DNA of 64,000 bases from an uncultured Chloroflexia bacterium (GTDB lineage: Bacteria; Chloroflexota; Limnocylindria; QHBO01), in NCBI GenBank assembly GCA_963822845.1, contig CAWGIY010000003.1:100840-164839 (forward strand), in the 5' to 3' direction. How positions within the stretch are numbered: the stretch's first letter is position 1; every line of letters starts with the position of its first letter. Made by a program: the position numbers and the translations under genes. A model generated the notes under the pieces. It worked only from the letters and a program-made list of their open reading frames with translations, did no database searches and was not told the DNA's origin. Below, in pieces: positions 1-12,631 of this stretch.

Positions 1-3000
1 CGCGCACTGCACCTCGATGCCATCGAGGGTGCAGAGGAAGGTGGCATCCGGATCGGTCGAGCTGAACTCGATCGACACCCGAGGTCGCGGTGCTGCCGGT
101 CGCCGGCGGTGCGGTCGCGAGATTGATGGCAACGTCGGGTGCGACATCGGTCCCGCTGACCCACTCGAACTCGGCCGGGGTCTGGTCGGGCGTGCCGAAC
201 TCGCCGACCGCGATGACCTGGAAGAGGTGCCCGTTGCTCGTCGTAGGGGATGTCGGCGTAGGTGGCCTCGCCGGCGACGCCGCCCGGGCACTCGCCGAAG
301 ATCGGCGTGTCGAGCGCGCACAGGAAGGTGGCGCCGGAGCCGGAGAAGGTGAAGGTCACGCTGGTCGCAGGTCGTCTCGAGGTCGAGGCCCATGTCGGGG
401 GTGACCGAGAGGAGCGTCGTCTCCGGCTCGGCCTCGACGCCGAACTCGTAGGCCGGCTCCGGCGCAGGAGTCAGGTCGTGGTTGCCCGGAAGGTCGAGCG
501 CGCGGACCTGGAAGGTGTACGCGCCGGGCGTCAGCTCCTCGAAGGCGATATCGTGGAAGAACGAGTCGCCCGCAGCCGGCTCGCCGCACTCTTCCCAGAC
601 CTCGGTGCTCGTCTCGGTCGTGTTCGTGAAGGCGCATTCGAACTCGAGCTCGAACGAGGAGCCCAGGTCGTCGATGCCGCGGAAGGTGAAGCGCAGGCCG
701 GGCTCGACGAACTGCTCGGGACCGATCTCGGCGGCGCCGAGGAAGACGGTCTCGGGCGGCGCGACGTCCTGCACGGTCCAGTGTAGGTGGCCGGTGACAG
801 GTCCTGGACCTGCTCGCCGTCGGCGTTGCGGTACTGGTTGACCGCGAAGACCTCGAACTCGTGCTCCTCGGGCTCTCCGCCCTCGCCCGGCAGGAACGGA
901 CCGGCCTGGAACGGCGAGGTGCAGCCGACGTGCGGCGACCCGTTGACCGAGCAGCGGAAGGTCGCGCCGGCCTGGTCGGAGCTGGAACTCGAAGGTCGCG
1001 GTGTACGCGCCGGTCGGGTCGTCGGGCCGGCGTCGATGATGGTCTCGGGCTCGCCGGTGGTGACCCACACGAACGGCTGCGGGGTCGTCGATGCCGGCCG
1101 GGAAGCCGCGGCTGGCACCGGCCGGCGTCGGGTCGACGTTCGGGATCTCGGCGATGTCGAGCGCGCGGACCCACAGCCAGTGCTGGCCGGAATCGAGGCC
1201 CTCGAGGAACCAGACGACCTCGCACTCCTCCCACGTCGTCGGCGCCGGCGGCGGCGTGCCCTCGCCGTACGAGCACTCGAAGGACTCGACGGGCTCGTTG
1301 CTGGCGAAGCCGAAGATGACGTCCGGGCCGGAGTTGGCCTGATCCGGGTAGACGGTGATGAACGTCTCGGGCGGCGTCGTGTCATCGGCCCCGATGATCA
1401 GCCACTCGTAGAAGGCAGGCGAGATGTCACGGTTGCCGTCGGGATCGACCGCGCGGACGTGGAAGACGTGCACGCCACCGCCAAGCGGACCGGCGATCTC
1501 GAACGGCGTCTCGCAGGCGGCGAACTCGCCATCGTCGAGGGCGCACTCGAACTCGTTGACGGGCAGGTCGTTCAGGAGCTCGAAGCCCTCGAACTCGAAC
1601 GTGGCGCTGGTCTCGGTCGTCTCCTCCTCCGGGCCGAGGATGATCTCGGTGTCGGGACCCGACATGTCGATGACGGTCCAGTGCGCGATCGCACCGACCG
1701 GATCGATGTTGTCCGGCTGCGTCGATCGCCTGGACGAGCAGGGTGTGCTCGCCCGGCGTCGTCGACCTCGATCTCCTCCATGAGCGGATCGCAGCCGCCG
1801 AGGTTCACGCCGTCGAGCGTGCACTCGAAGTCGAGCTCGAGGACCGGCGTCATGTCGTCGGCGCCGCTGAAGGTGAAGATGCTGATGAAGTTCGGCGTGA
1901 ACGAGCCCTCCGGCGGGCCGCCGGTGATCGATGGTCGTCGGCGGAGTGACGTCGGGGCCGATGATCTCCCACTCGTAGATCGCGGGCGTCAGGTCCATCC
2001 AGCCGAAGGCGTTGATGGCCTGGACGATGAACTCGTGGTCGCCTTCCTCGAGCGGGCCGACGGTGAGCGGTGACTCGCAGAAGAAGAACGGGTCACCGTC
2101 GATCGAGCACTGCGTGATCGCGTCGGGGGCCTGGTCGGTCCAGAACTCGAAGGTGGCCGAGCCGCTGGTCGAGGTCGGGAGGCCCTCGGGGCCGAGCGGG
2201 CCCTCGGGACCGGACAGGATCGAGGTCTCGGGCGCGGATCCGGTCGAGGCGATCGCGATCGCGAAGAGTCCGAAGTCCTCGGCGATGTTGCTGCAGATGC
2301 GCGCCGGCGTCACGAACGGGTTGTGGAGGGTCGTGACGTCGATCCACAGCTCGCCGTCGAAGTGGAGCAGGCGCAGGGTCTGGGCGCCCTCGAAGTCGGC
2401 CGGGTTGTAGCTGATGCAGATGTTGATCGGCTCCGAGTACTCGGCCGTCGTCGGGATGTCGTAGACGTGCGTGCTGGCTCCCGCGTAGCCCTCCGGCAGC
2501 GGCGGCCCGGCGAAGATCCGATCGGCGATCGTCGTGCCGGCAGTGTCGACGCTGAAGAAGCTGACGCTGACGTTGCCGATCGTCACGAGAACGGGCTCGC
2601 CAACTGGCGTGTTCGCCGCGCCGGCCGGCGCGATCGTCCAGGAATGGGTCGCCGGGCTCGGGTCGACGTTGCCCGACAGGTCGGTCGCGACCGCGGTGAA
2701 CGTGTAGTCGCCGGGGACGAGGTCGGTGAACTCGGTCACGACGCCGGGCTCGCACTCGCCGGATTCCGTGCCCGCCGGCCCGGTCAGCGTGCACTCGATC
2801 GTCGCGGTCGGGTCATCCGAGCTGACCTGGAGGTACGCGCTCGCGCTCAGCGTCGTGGCGGGCGGGCCGAAGTCGATGGTCGTTTCGGGGGCGGTGAAGT
2901 CCTGCACCGTCCACGTGTGCATCGCCGGGATCGGGTCGTGCTCGAACGGCAGGCCCATCCAGTCGAGGCCGGTGAACAGGGTCTGGACCTGGAAGATGTG

Positions 3001-5776
3001 CTCGCCCGGGAACAGGTTCGTGTAGGTCTTGCGATAGACGCCCGGCTCGCCGTCGACCGGCTCGGCGGTGCAGAGTCCGAACGGCCGATCGTCGAGCGAG
3101 CAGTAGAAGACCGCATCGGCGTCGAACGGCTCGCTGGTGAACTGGAACGTCGCCGTCGTGGTCGTGCCGCTCGCCGGCGCGGAGAGGATCTTGGCCTCCG
3201 GCGGCGTGACGACGAACTCCGACGTCCTCCCACTGACGCCGAGGTTGCCGAACTCGTCGACCGCGCGCACCGCGAAGAGGTGCTCGCCGATGCCGAGGTC
3301 CGTCGTAGGCTGACGGCCGAGGTGCACGGCGCGGCTCGTGCCGGGTCGCCCGGGGCGTGCCGGGTTGAACTTGCCGTCGAGCCAGCAGTGGAAGGTGACG
3401 CCGGTCGACGTCCGCGCTGAACGTGAAGGTGACGTCGCGGTCGGTCGTCTCCTCGACTGTCGACGCCCGGGCCGGACAGGATCGTGGCCACCGGCGGCGG
3501 CGAGACGATCCAGGTGAAGACGTCCGGCGTGGACTCGATGTTGCCGGCGGCGTCGATGGCGCGCAGGCGGAGCGTGTGCGTGCCGCGGGTCAGGTCGCAG
3601 AACATCTCGGGCGAGGTGCACGAGTTCCAGGCGGTGGTCGAGTCGAGCGCGCACTCGAAGCTCAGGTCCGCGCGCCGGCGTGCGGTTGTCGGTGCCGCTG
3701 AAGATGAACGTCGCCTCCTGGAGCAGCGTGCCGTTCTCCGGCCCGAGGTTGAACGTCGAGTTCGGCTCGGCGATGTCTGGACCGAGCTCGGACGAGCCAC
3801 TCGTAGACGGCCTCTTCGCCGACGATTCCCTGCGGGTTGGTCGCGCGGACGACGAACTCGTGCTCGCCGTTCTCGACGACCCAGCGCCGCACCCGGTCGC
3901 CGGGTCGCGTGACGTCGCCGCCGCACGGCAGGAAGTCGGCGCCGTCGAAGGAGCACTCGAACGTCGAGCCGGGCTGATCGGACGTGAAGGTGAAGACGGC
4001 GTTCTCGGTCTGGCTCGCGCCGTCAGGCTCACCGGAGACCGGATCGAGCCGGCCGTCAGGCCCGCTGAGGAACGTCACGACCGGGGCGGCGGCGACGTGT
4101 CACCTGCGCGCGTGGCCGGGGCGCCGATGTTGCCGGCCAGGTCGGTGGCGCGGATGGCGACGGTGTAGGCGCCCGGCTCGGGAACGCTGAGCTCGTAGCC
4201 GCCGCCGACCGGCGACTCGCACGACACCCACTCGGCCGAGCCGATGCCGGCCGCGGTGAGGAAGGCGGCGCACTCGAACTCGAGCAGGAGCGTCGGCGTG
4301 CGCGTTGTCGATGGCCGAAGAAGGTGTACGGCTCGGGCTCCTGCGCCAACCGTGGCGCCGTTGGCCGGTCCGCCGGAGATCGTCGCGACCGGGCCGCGCG
4401 TGTCGGCGAGCGGTGTCCAGGTGTGGGCGGCCGGCGTCGGATCGGGGTTGCCCTCGAACTCCGGCTGCGTCGGATCGGGGAACTCGGGCTCGAACATGTC
4501 GACCGCGCGCACGTAGAAGGTGTGCTCGCTGAGCGACATCTCCGGATCGGCGTACGAGTAGACGTCGAGCAGGTTGAACGGGCTGACGCACTCGACCCAC
4601 GCGTTCTCGTTCGGCGGCGCCGTGCCGTTGGTGACCTGGCACTCGAAGAGGAGCAGGAACTCTGGCGTCAGGTCGTCGAGGCCGACGAACTCGAAGATCG
4701 TCGAGGCCAGCGTGTTGACGGGTCGGTGACCGCACCGGACGGCGCGCGCTCGATCGTCGTGTCCGGCGGCGAGCTGTCGACCGGGTCGACGACCTCCCAC
4801 TCGTAGATCGGCAGGCTCGAGCTCGGCGGCCGAGCCCATCGTCTCGGACTCCGCGAAGACCTCGAGGATGTGGTCGCCCGGGAGCAGCGGCTCCGGGAAG
4901 TCCGTGTCGCCGGCGAAGGCGGGGCCGACCTGGAACGGCGACTCGCACGGGAAGTAGGCGCCCGGATCCAGGCTGTCGAAGCGGCACCAGAACGTGGCGT
5001 CGCCGACGTTGGCCTCGAAGATGATCTCCGCCGAGGTGCTCGCGCTCGGGCCGCCGGTCGCCGGGTCGCCCTGCGGGCCGCCGGTCGCGGGCGTGAAGCC
5101 GGGGCCGTCGGTGAAGACGACGGTGACGCCGAGGAGCTCCCACGTGAACGGTCGTCGGGGCTCCGACGTTGCCCTCGAAGTCGATCGCGCGCACGAAGAA
5201 GGTGTGCGGGCCGACCTCGGTCTCGGCGAGGCCCCACTCGAAGGCGCCCTGGTTCATGAACATGGCGGCCTCGAACCCGCACGGCTCGTAGCCGTTCGCG
5301 TCGACCTTGCACTGGAAGGTGACGTCGGGCTCGTTCGAGTGGAACGTGAAGATCGCGTCGAACAGCCAGGTCTGGATGCCGTCGTCGGCGGGATCGATGT
5401 CGTCCGGGATGACGTCGAGGATCGACCTCGGGGGCGACGCCGGACGGCAGCGGCACGTAGGTCCACGTGAAGGTCGCAGGCGTCGGATCGGCCAGGCCCT
5501 GGCCCATCATGTCGATGGCGCGGACCTCGAACGTGTGCTCGCCCGGGCTCAGGTTCAGGTACTCGGCCGGGTACTCGCAGTCCTCCCAGGCCAGCGGGTT
5601 GTCGTGTCGATGCGGCACTCGAAGACGATCTCGTGCGGCAGGGTGAAGTCGTCGGTGCCCCGGTAGGTGAAGCTGACGTTGCGGCTCGGGCTCTGGATGC
5701 CGGCGGTCGCCGGGTCCCAGTCGGCCGGTCCGGAGACGATCCCGGTCTCGGGCGCGCCGGGCACCGTGCCGAGCTC
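1..5776 (-). repeat. C-terminal array of ~18 copies of a ~100-aa FEC-motif Ig-like domain (>=25 copies in the whole gene)
   Basis: Repeated ..F.F......tFEC.lDg..w..C.SP..y..L..G.H.F.VRA.D..GN.D.TPA.y.W.v....PeT.I..gP. Examples: STFECSFDG ~3960, LSFECALDS ~3650, VTFHCWLDG ~3390, LDFECTLDG ~1820, NEFECALDD ~1545, LEFECAFTN ~640, ATFLCTLDG ~30. One different beta-sandwich-like insert lies at ~2230-2600. Confidence 0.7.
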
Positions 5777-6939
5777 GCAGACGACGCCGAAGCACTGCTC
5801 GGGCTCCATGTTGCCGGCGGCGAGGTTGCCGCCGCCGTCGATGGCGCCGACCGAGTAGATGCCCCAGCCGCCGTTCAGCTGGGCGACGTTGTCGCGGACG
5901 GTGTGGCCGGCGCCCTCGACGTAGATGCCGTCGCCGCCGTTCGCGTCGGTCGTGTTGTTCTCGATGAGCGTCCCGCTGTCGAGGACGGAGGACTCGGTGA
6001 CCTCGATGCCACCGCCGCCGTTGCCGCTGGCCGTGTTGTCGCGAACGATCGTGTCGTGCGAGAGCTCACCGATCTCGATGCCGGAGCCGAGCGTGCCGCT
6101 CGCGTTGTTGGCGACGATCGTCGTGCCGGTGGCCTCGCCGACCACGATGCCGCCCGCGCTGCCGCTGAAGTCGTTGCCCTTGACGAGGGTGTTCGTGGCG
6201 AGCTCGACGACGACGCCCGGGCCCGGTCGTGGCCGACGGCCGAGTTGTTGAGGACGGTGTTGTTGTTGCCGCCGACCATGACGCCGCCCTGGCCGCCCTC
6301 GATCGTGTTGCGCTGGACGAGGTTGTTGTTCGAGGGCAGCAGCTCCTCGCCGGCCACGATGCCGAAGCCGCCGTTGTCCTTGAGCACGTTGTCGGTGACG
6401 ACGTTGTTGCCGCCGCCGATCATGAAGATCCCGCCGCCGCCGCTCATCGAGATCTCGTTGTGCTCGATGAGGTTGTCGCTGGCGAACTCGAGGTAGATGC
6501 CGCCCTCGCCCTGGTTGGCGCCGAGGTCGTTGTTGCGGATCACGGCGTGGCGCGTGCCGGTGTAGAGGGCGATGCCGATCTCGTTGCCGACGATCGAGTT
6601 GTCGCGGATCAGGTTGCCGTCGGCGCCCTGGTCGGCGTCGGAGAGCGCGATGGCGGCCTCCTCGTTGGCCTCGAGCCGCATCGAGTGGACGACGTTGCGC
6701 GCGGTGCCCGGGTTGAGCTGGACGCCGTAGAGGAACTGGGTGACGAGGCCGTTCATGATCGTGACGTCGTCGTGCCCGTTGTTGAGGATGCCGGCGTCGA
6801 GGCCCATGCCGTCGACGACGTGGCCGTCGAGGTCGATCGTGATGCCGGGCGCGCCGACGATGAGGCCGTGGCCGCCGCAGTCGACCAGGTCGTTGAGCAG
6901 GCGGGTGCTCTCCATGAGGATCTGGCCGCAGTTCACCTG
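5777..6939 (-). repeat. NosD-like beta-helix module 3 (paralogous to modules 1-2)
   Basis: QVNCGQILMESTRLLNDLVDCGGHGLIVGAPGITIDLDGHVVDG ... AIDGGGNLAAGN...CFGVVC. Frameshift at ~6222. Confidence 0.7.
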
Positions 6940-7529
6940 CGCTGCGATCGGCGGCTCGCCGACCGTCCAGGCGTAGATCCTCGTGTCGAAGTTGCTCGCC
7001 GCGTCGTCGGCCCGGACCCAGAACTCGTACGTGCCGGGCTCGAGGTCGGTGTAGGTGATCGGCGAGGTGCAGGCTTCAGCAGCGTCCCAATCCACCGGCG
7101 TGGGCGGCACGGCCGGCTGGAGCACGCACTGGAAGGTCACACCGCCCAGCCAGTTCGCGGAGAACTCGAACGTCGCATCGGTTTCGACGGTGACCCGGTC
7201 GGGGGTCGCGTCGATGGAGGCCGCGAAGGTATCCGCATCACGCGCGACCGCCCAGGTGTAGGAGGCCGGGGTCTCGTCGGCGTTGCCGGAGAAGTCGACC
7301 GCGCGAACCTCGAAGGTGTACGTGTCGTTGGCGAGGTCGCTGTACGTCTTCGGGCTCGCGCACGCCGTCCACGGGCCGCCGTCGAAGCGGCACTCGAAGG
7401 TGACCGGGCTCGCGTTGTCGGCACCCGAGAACCGGAAGACGGCGACGCTCTCGGTGGTCTCGGCTGGATCGGGCCCTCGAGGATGTTCGTGTTCGGGCGC
7501 GATCGAGTCGCCGCCGCCCTGGCCGCCGA

Positions 7530-8803
7530 GGCAGGTGATGTTGTAGCACTGCTGCGGCTTGAGATCGACGCCGAGCGGGCCGAGGTTGCCCTGGGCGACG
7601 TTGCCGCCGCCGTCGATGTTGGCGCGCCCGTTCGACGGGTCGCCGACGTAGATGCCCCAGCTGTCGTTGTCGAAGGAGACGTTGTCCTTGAAGATGTGGC
7701 TCGGCTTCGTGGCCTTGATGCCCTCTTCCTTGTTCGAGTTCGTCGTGTTGCCCTGGACGAGGGTGCCCTGGCCGGCCGGCGTCTCGTCACCGATGTAGAT
7801 GCCGCCGCCGACGTTGTTGCTCGACAGGTTGTTCACGAGGACGTTGGCGAACGACTGCGACTCGAGGGTGATGCCGGTGCCGTCCGAGTTGCTGGTGTCG
7901 TTGCCCTCGATCGTGTTGCCGGTCGAGTTCTTCAGGCCGATGCCGCCCTTGTTGCCGCGGACGTCGTTGCCCTTGATGAGGTTGTCCATCCCGTAGAAGA
8001 GGTCGATGGCGTCGGAGTTCGTCAGCGTGCCGACGTTGTCGATCAGCTGGTTTCGGCGCGAGTGGACGATCTCGAGGGCCGGGCCGCTCGTCTCGGAGAT
8101 GTGGTTGCCCGCGACGACGTTGTCGGTCGACTCGATGCCAACGGTCGGTCCGCTCGTCGTGTCGCTGATCGACACGCCGGCGCCGACATCGGCGATCGGG
8201 TTGTTGCGCACGGTGTTGTCGATGGCGCCCTCGAGGAGCACGCCGGCGTCGCTGGCGACCTGGATGTCGTTGCTCTCGACGACGTTGGCGACGGCGCGGT
8301 CGATGAAGACCGCGTCACCGCTGGTGGCACCGATGAGGTTCCCGCGCACGATGTTGTCGCGGGACGCCGTTGAGGAGCCAGACGCCGCGCTTGTTGGAGA
8401 GGAGCGTGTTCGCGCGCAGGATGTTGTCGTTGACGCCGGACTGGAAGCCGGGCACCGGGTCGCTCGGCGCGAGGGTCGGATCCTCTGGGAAGGTCGGGTG
8501 GCCGAGGCTGATGCCGGCTTCCTGGTTGAGGTCGGCCGTGACGCCCTCGATGATGTTCAGCTTGGCGCCGTTGTTGAGCATGACGCCGTAGTCGAAGTCG
8601 GTGAGCCGGCCGTTCCGGATCGTGACCGAGTCGTAGCCGTTGTTCAGGATCGCGGCACCGATCGACTTGCCGTCGATCGTCTTGCCGTTCAGGTCGATCG
8701 TGATCGCGTCGGCGCCGATGATCAGGCCGTGGCCGAGGCAGTCGGCGAGGTTGTTGTTGACGATGATGCTCTGCGTGATCTTCTGGCCGCAGAAGACCGT
8801 CTT
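7530..8803 (-). repeat. NosD-like beta-helix module 2 (paralogous to module 1)
   Basis: KTVFCGQKITQSIIVNNNLADCLGHGLIIGADAITIDLNGKTIDG ... NIDGGGNVAQGN...CYNITC. Frameshift at ~8372. Confidence 0.7.
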
Positions 8804-9989
8804 CGTGACCGGCGTCGCGCCGACGGTCCACGTGTAGGCGGCGGGCACGCCGCTGTTCGCGGCATCGTCGACGTTGCCGCTCAGGTCCCGGCGCGGACCT
8901 GGAACACGTGCTCGCCCGGCGCGAGGCCGTTGACGGTGTGCGGCGATGTGCAGAGCGTCCAGATCGGCTGGCCCGAGCCGTCCACCGCGCCGTCGAGGCG
9001 GCACTCGTAGACCAGGTCGGCCGTCAGGCTCTGGTTGTCGGTTCCGGTGAAGCTGAAGGACGCACTCGTCTGCACCGTCACCGGGTCCGGACCCGCCGGG
9101 ATCTCCGTGTCGGGCGCCGTCGTGTCGGGCGGCGGGGGATGGATCCACCACGCGTGCCACGCGGCCGTGACGTCCGTGTTGCCACCGCGGTCGATCGAGC
9201 GCACCTCGAAGATGTGGCCGCCGTACTCCAGGTTGGTGTACTGCGTCGGCGACGCGCACGGCTCCCATGCCGGCTGCACCGTGAGGGCGCTCACGTCTGC
9301 CTGCGTGAGCTCGTCGTTGAGCTCCTCGTAGTAGTGCCGGCACTCGTACGCCAGGTTGTATCCGGCCGTCAGGTTGTCGCTGCCGGTGAACTTGAACGTC
9401 GCGTTCCGGTTCGTCGTGTCGTAGCGCGTGCCGGCCTCATCGGTCAGGAGCTCGCCGGGGGCCGCGGTGATGCGGGTGTCCGGCGCGAATGCCGCGACGG
9501 TGCAGTCGTTGACGCCAGGCGTCTCACCGAATGCGCACTCCTCGCTGCCGTCCTCCTCGACGCCGGCCTCGATCGTCCACTCGTACACGATCGGGGTCAG
9601 GTCGAAGTTGCCGGCCTGGTCGACCGCGCGCACCTCGAACTTGTGGGTCATCGAGCGACTCGAGCATCAGGTAGGTGAGCGGGCTCGAGCACTCGACCCA
9701 GAACTCACCCTCCGGCGGCTCAGGCAGGTCCGGCGGCTCGCCCGGGTCGGGCGGCTCGAGCTCCGGCTCCTCCGGAGGCACGATGGGATCCGGCGGCGCG
9801 TCGAGGCGGCACTCGAACACGAGCGCGGTCGGGACGTCGCCGGTCGGGCCGTCGTTGCCGGTGAACTCGAAGACGCGCGGCCGCTGTTGGTGGACGCGTC
9901 CGGGCCAGGATTCGGGCCGAGCGGGCCGTCGATGAGGATCGTCTCGGGGGCGGTGAGGTCCTCTGGCGTCATCGGCAGGTCGTCGCCCT

Positions 9990-11311
9990 CGGCGCAGACC
10001 ACTCCCACGCACTGGATGGCGTCCGGCAGGCCCACGGCGACGCCGACGTCCGCGTGGTTGCCGCTCGCGCGGTTGCCGCCGCCGTCGATGTTGCGGTTCG
10101 GGTCGAGCGGCTCGCCGGGCACCGGGTCCTCGCCGGCGTCGATGCCGTAGTTGGCGTTGTTGTTCGCGTTGTTGCCGATGCGGACGCCGTCGGGGCAGTT
10201 GACCGGGCCGCCGACGGTGTGCCGGCCGGTGGCGATCGAGATGCCGCTCTCGGCATTCTCGTTGGCGATGTTGCCGGCGACCAGCGCGCCGCCGACGGCG
10301 TTCCCCAGCGAGTCGAACGTTGCGCCCTCGATCGAGATGCCCGGGCCGCCGTTGCGGTTCGCGAGGTTGCTGGTGACGACCATGTTGACGCCGTCGCCGA
10401 GCTCGATGCCGGCCTGGAGCGAGTTCGAGACGTCGTTGTTGTCGACGACGAGGTTGTTGACCCCGGAGGCGTCGACGCCCGACGGGTTGTAGCCGAGCTC
10501 GCTGTTCTTGACGACGCTGTTGCTCGAGTTCGAGAGCACGACGCCGCCGTCGGACTGCTGGTGGGCGAGGACGCCGTCGACCGCGATCCGGTCGGAGTCC
10601 TGCACGATCACGCCCGCGTCGCCGTTCCGGACGAGCACGCCGCCGCGCACGACGTTGCCGTGCGAGCCCTGGTGGATGACGATCCCGGCGTCGCCGGTGT
10701 CGCTGACGTCGTTGTTCTCGAGGACGTTCTCGCGCGAGCCGTTCTCGACCACGATGCCGGCGTCGGAGTCGAGGGTCGGGTCGAGGATGATCCCGCTGAT
10801 CGTGTTGTTGCGGATCATGTTGCGGTGCGAGTCGAACAGGTGGATCGACATCCCGTTGCGAGATGAAGAAGTTGTTCTCGATGACGCTGCCCTCGGTGCC
10901 GCTCATCAGCTGGATGCCGGTCTCGCCGTTCGAGTCGAACACGCTGTCGTGCACCGTGTTGCCGAGGCGACCGTTGTCGGCGTCGAACAGCTGGAGGCCG
11001 GTGAGCGCGTTGCGGGTGAGGGTCATGTGGTGCACCTCGCTGTGCACCGATCCCGGCCCGAGCAGGATGCCGTAGCCGTAGTTCGTGACCGTGCCGTTGC
11101 GGATCTCGACGTTCGGGTAGCCGCTGCGGATGCCCGGCGTGAGGTTGTCCTCCTCGCCCGGCTCGAGGATGAAGCCGCTCGAGACCGTGTGGCCGTTGAG
11201 GTCGAGGATGATGTTCGGCGCGCCGATCGCGATGCCCTCGCCCAGGCAGCCGAGGACGTCTTCGGCGAGCTTCGTGCTCTCGGTGATGACCTGGCCGCAG
11301 GTGACGACCTC
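9990..11311 (-). repeat. NosD-like right-handed beta-helix module 1 of the giant gene
   Basis: Starts VTCGQVITESTKLAEDVLGCLGEGIAIGAPNIILDLNGHTVSS. Followed by ~20-residue N..I..N/G repeats. Ends NIDGGGNRASGN...CVGVVC. Frameshift at ~10860. Confidence 0.7.
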
Positions 11312-11362
11312 TGCCTGCGCCGGCACGGGCTGGCGCGCGCCCGGCGGCGGCGTATCGGCCGC

Positions 11363-11920
11363 CTCGAAGCGCAGCTCGAGCACGGGGAGCGTGATCTCGG
11401 GTGGATCCTGTGGCAGCTCACGTGACGAGAAGCTCTGGTCGCCGCCTTCGGGGTCGCTCTCGACCTGGTCGCGGATGACCCAGCCGTGGTTCGGGAGGGT
11501 TCCGGCGAGGATCGCCTCGACGTCGGCGGTCACGTCGAAGTCGCGGTAGCCCTCGCCGGCGGCCGTCGGAACCGGGGCGGTGCCAGCGGCGGCAGGGGGC
11601 TGGCTGACCCAGGTGAGGGTGCTTTCCTTCCAGGTCTGGAGGAGCGGGACGGCGACGAGGTTGCGGCCCTCGGTGTGACCGTCGGAGTAGAGGCGCAGCG
11701 TCGCGGAGATCAGCTCGCAGTCGGGGGCGTCGGCGATGAGCGGGAAGCGGAAGAAGGCGCGGGCGTTCTGCTTCTCGACCGGCCCGGTATCGGGGACGTT
11801 CGCGCCGGAGCGGACGTCGAGCTCGGTCTCGAACATGTAGTTCTCGAGCGGGTTGACCTGGTCGGCCCAGCCGTCGGCGTTCGGGGTGAGGGTGATGTTC
11901 GCCTCGTCGCAGTTGAGCGG
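11363..11920 (-). other. DNRLRE-like domain inside the giant gene
   Basis: ADGWADQVNPLENY...ARAFFRFPL..APDCELISATLRLYS....NLVAVPLLQTWKESTLTWVSQP...DFDVTADV....LPNHGWVIRD....SFSSRE....P.LELRF matches the remembered DNRLRE family pattern. Confidence 0.6.
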
Positions 11921-12631
11921 CGTGCTGCCCGGGTCGTCGGGATTCGGGCCGACGCGCCAGGTGTAGCGGGCCGGCGTCGGATCTGGGCCGCCCACCTCGG
12001 TGCCGATGGCGCGGACCTCGAAGGTGTGGAGGCCGGTCGTCAGGTCGGAGTACATGACCGGGTTGAAGCACTCGAGCCACTGCTCCGGATCGCGGCTGTC
12101 GAGACGGCACTCGTACTCGGCGAACTGCGACGGGGTGAAGTCGCTCACCGCGCGGAAGCTGAAGAGCGCGGAGCGGCTGTTCGTCTGCGGCGTCGTCGTC
12201 GGTGCCGGCGGCACGACCGTGCCGGGCGTCAGGCCAGGGGCCTCGACGATCTCGGTGTCGGGCGGCGTCATGCCGACGCCACTGATCAGCTGCTCGATCG
12301 GCGTCTCGTCGACGTTGTCGGCGCGGTCGATCGCGCGGACCTCGAAGGTGAAGAGGCCCTCCTCGGGTAGCGGCACCGACCACGGGCTCGAGCAGCCGTT
12401 CCACATCAGCTCGGGCGGCTGCGGCTCCCACGGCGGGACGATCTCGGGCTCCTCGGTCAGCTCGATCTCGATGAAGCGGCACTCGAAGTTGAGCTCGTTG
12501 GGCGGCGTCGTGTTGTCCGTCCCGCGGAAGCGGAAGGCCATCGTCTCGATGCTGTCCTGGACCGGGCCGTCCTCCGGGTAGTCGAAGATCGTCTCCGGCG
12601 GGTTGTCGTCGAACGGCGGGGGCGGGCCGAC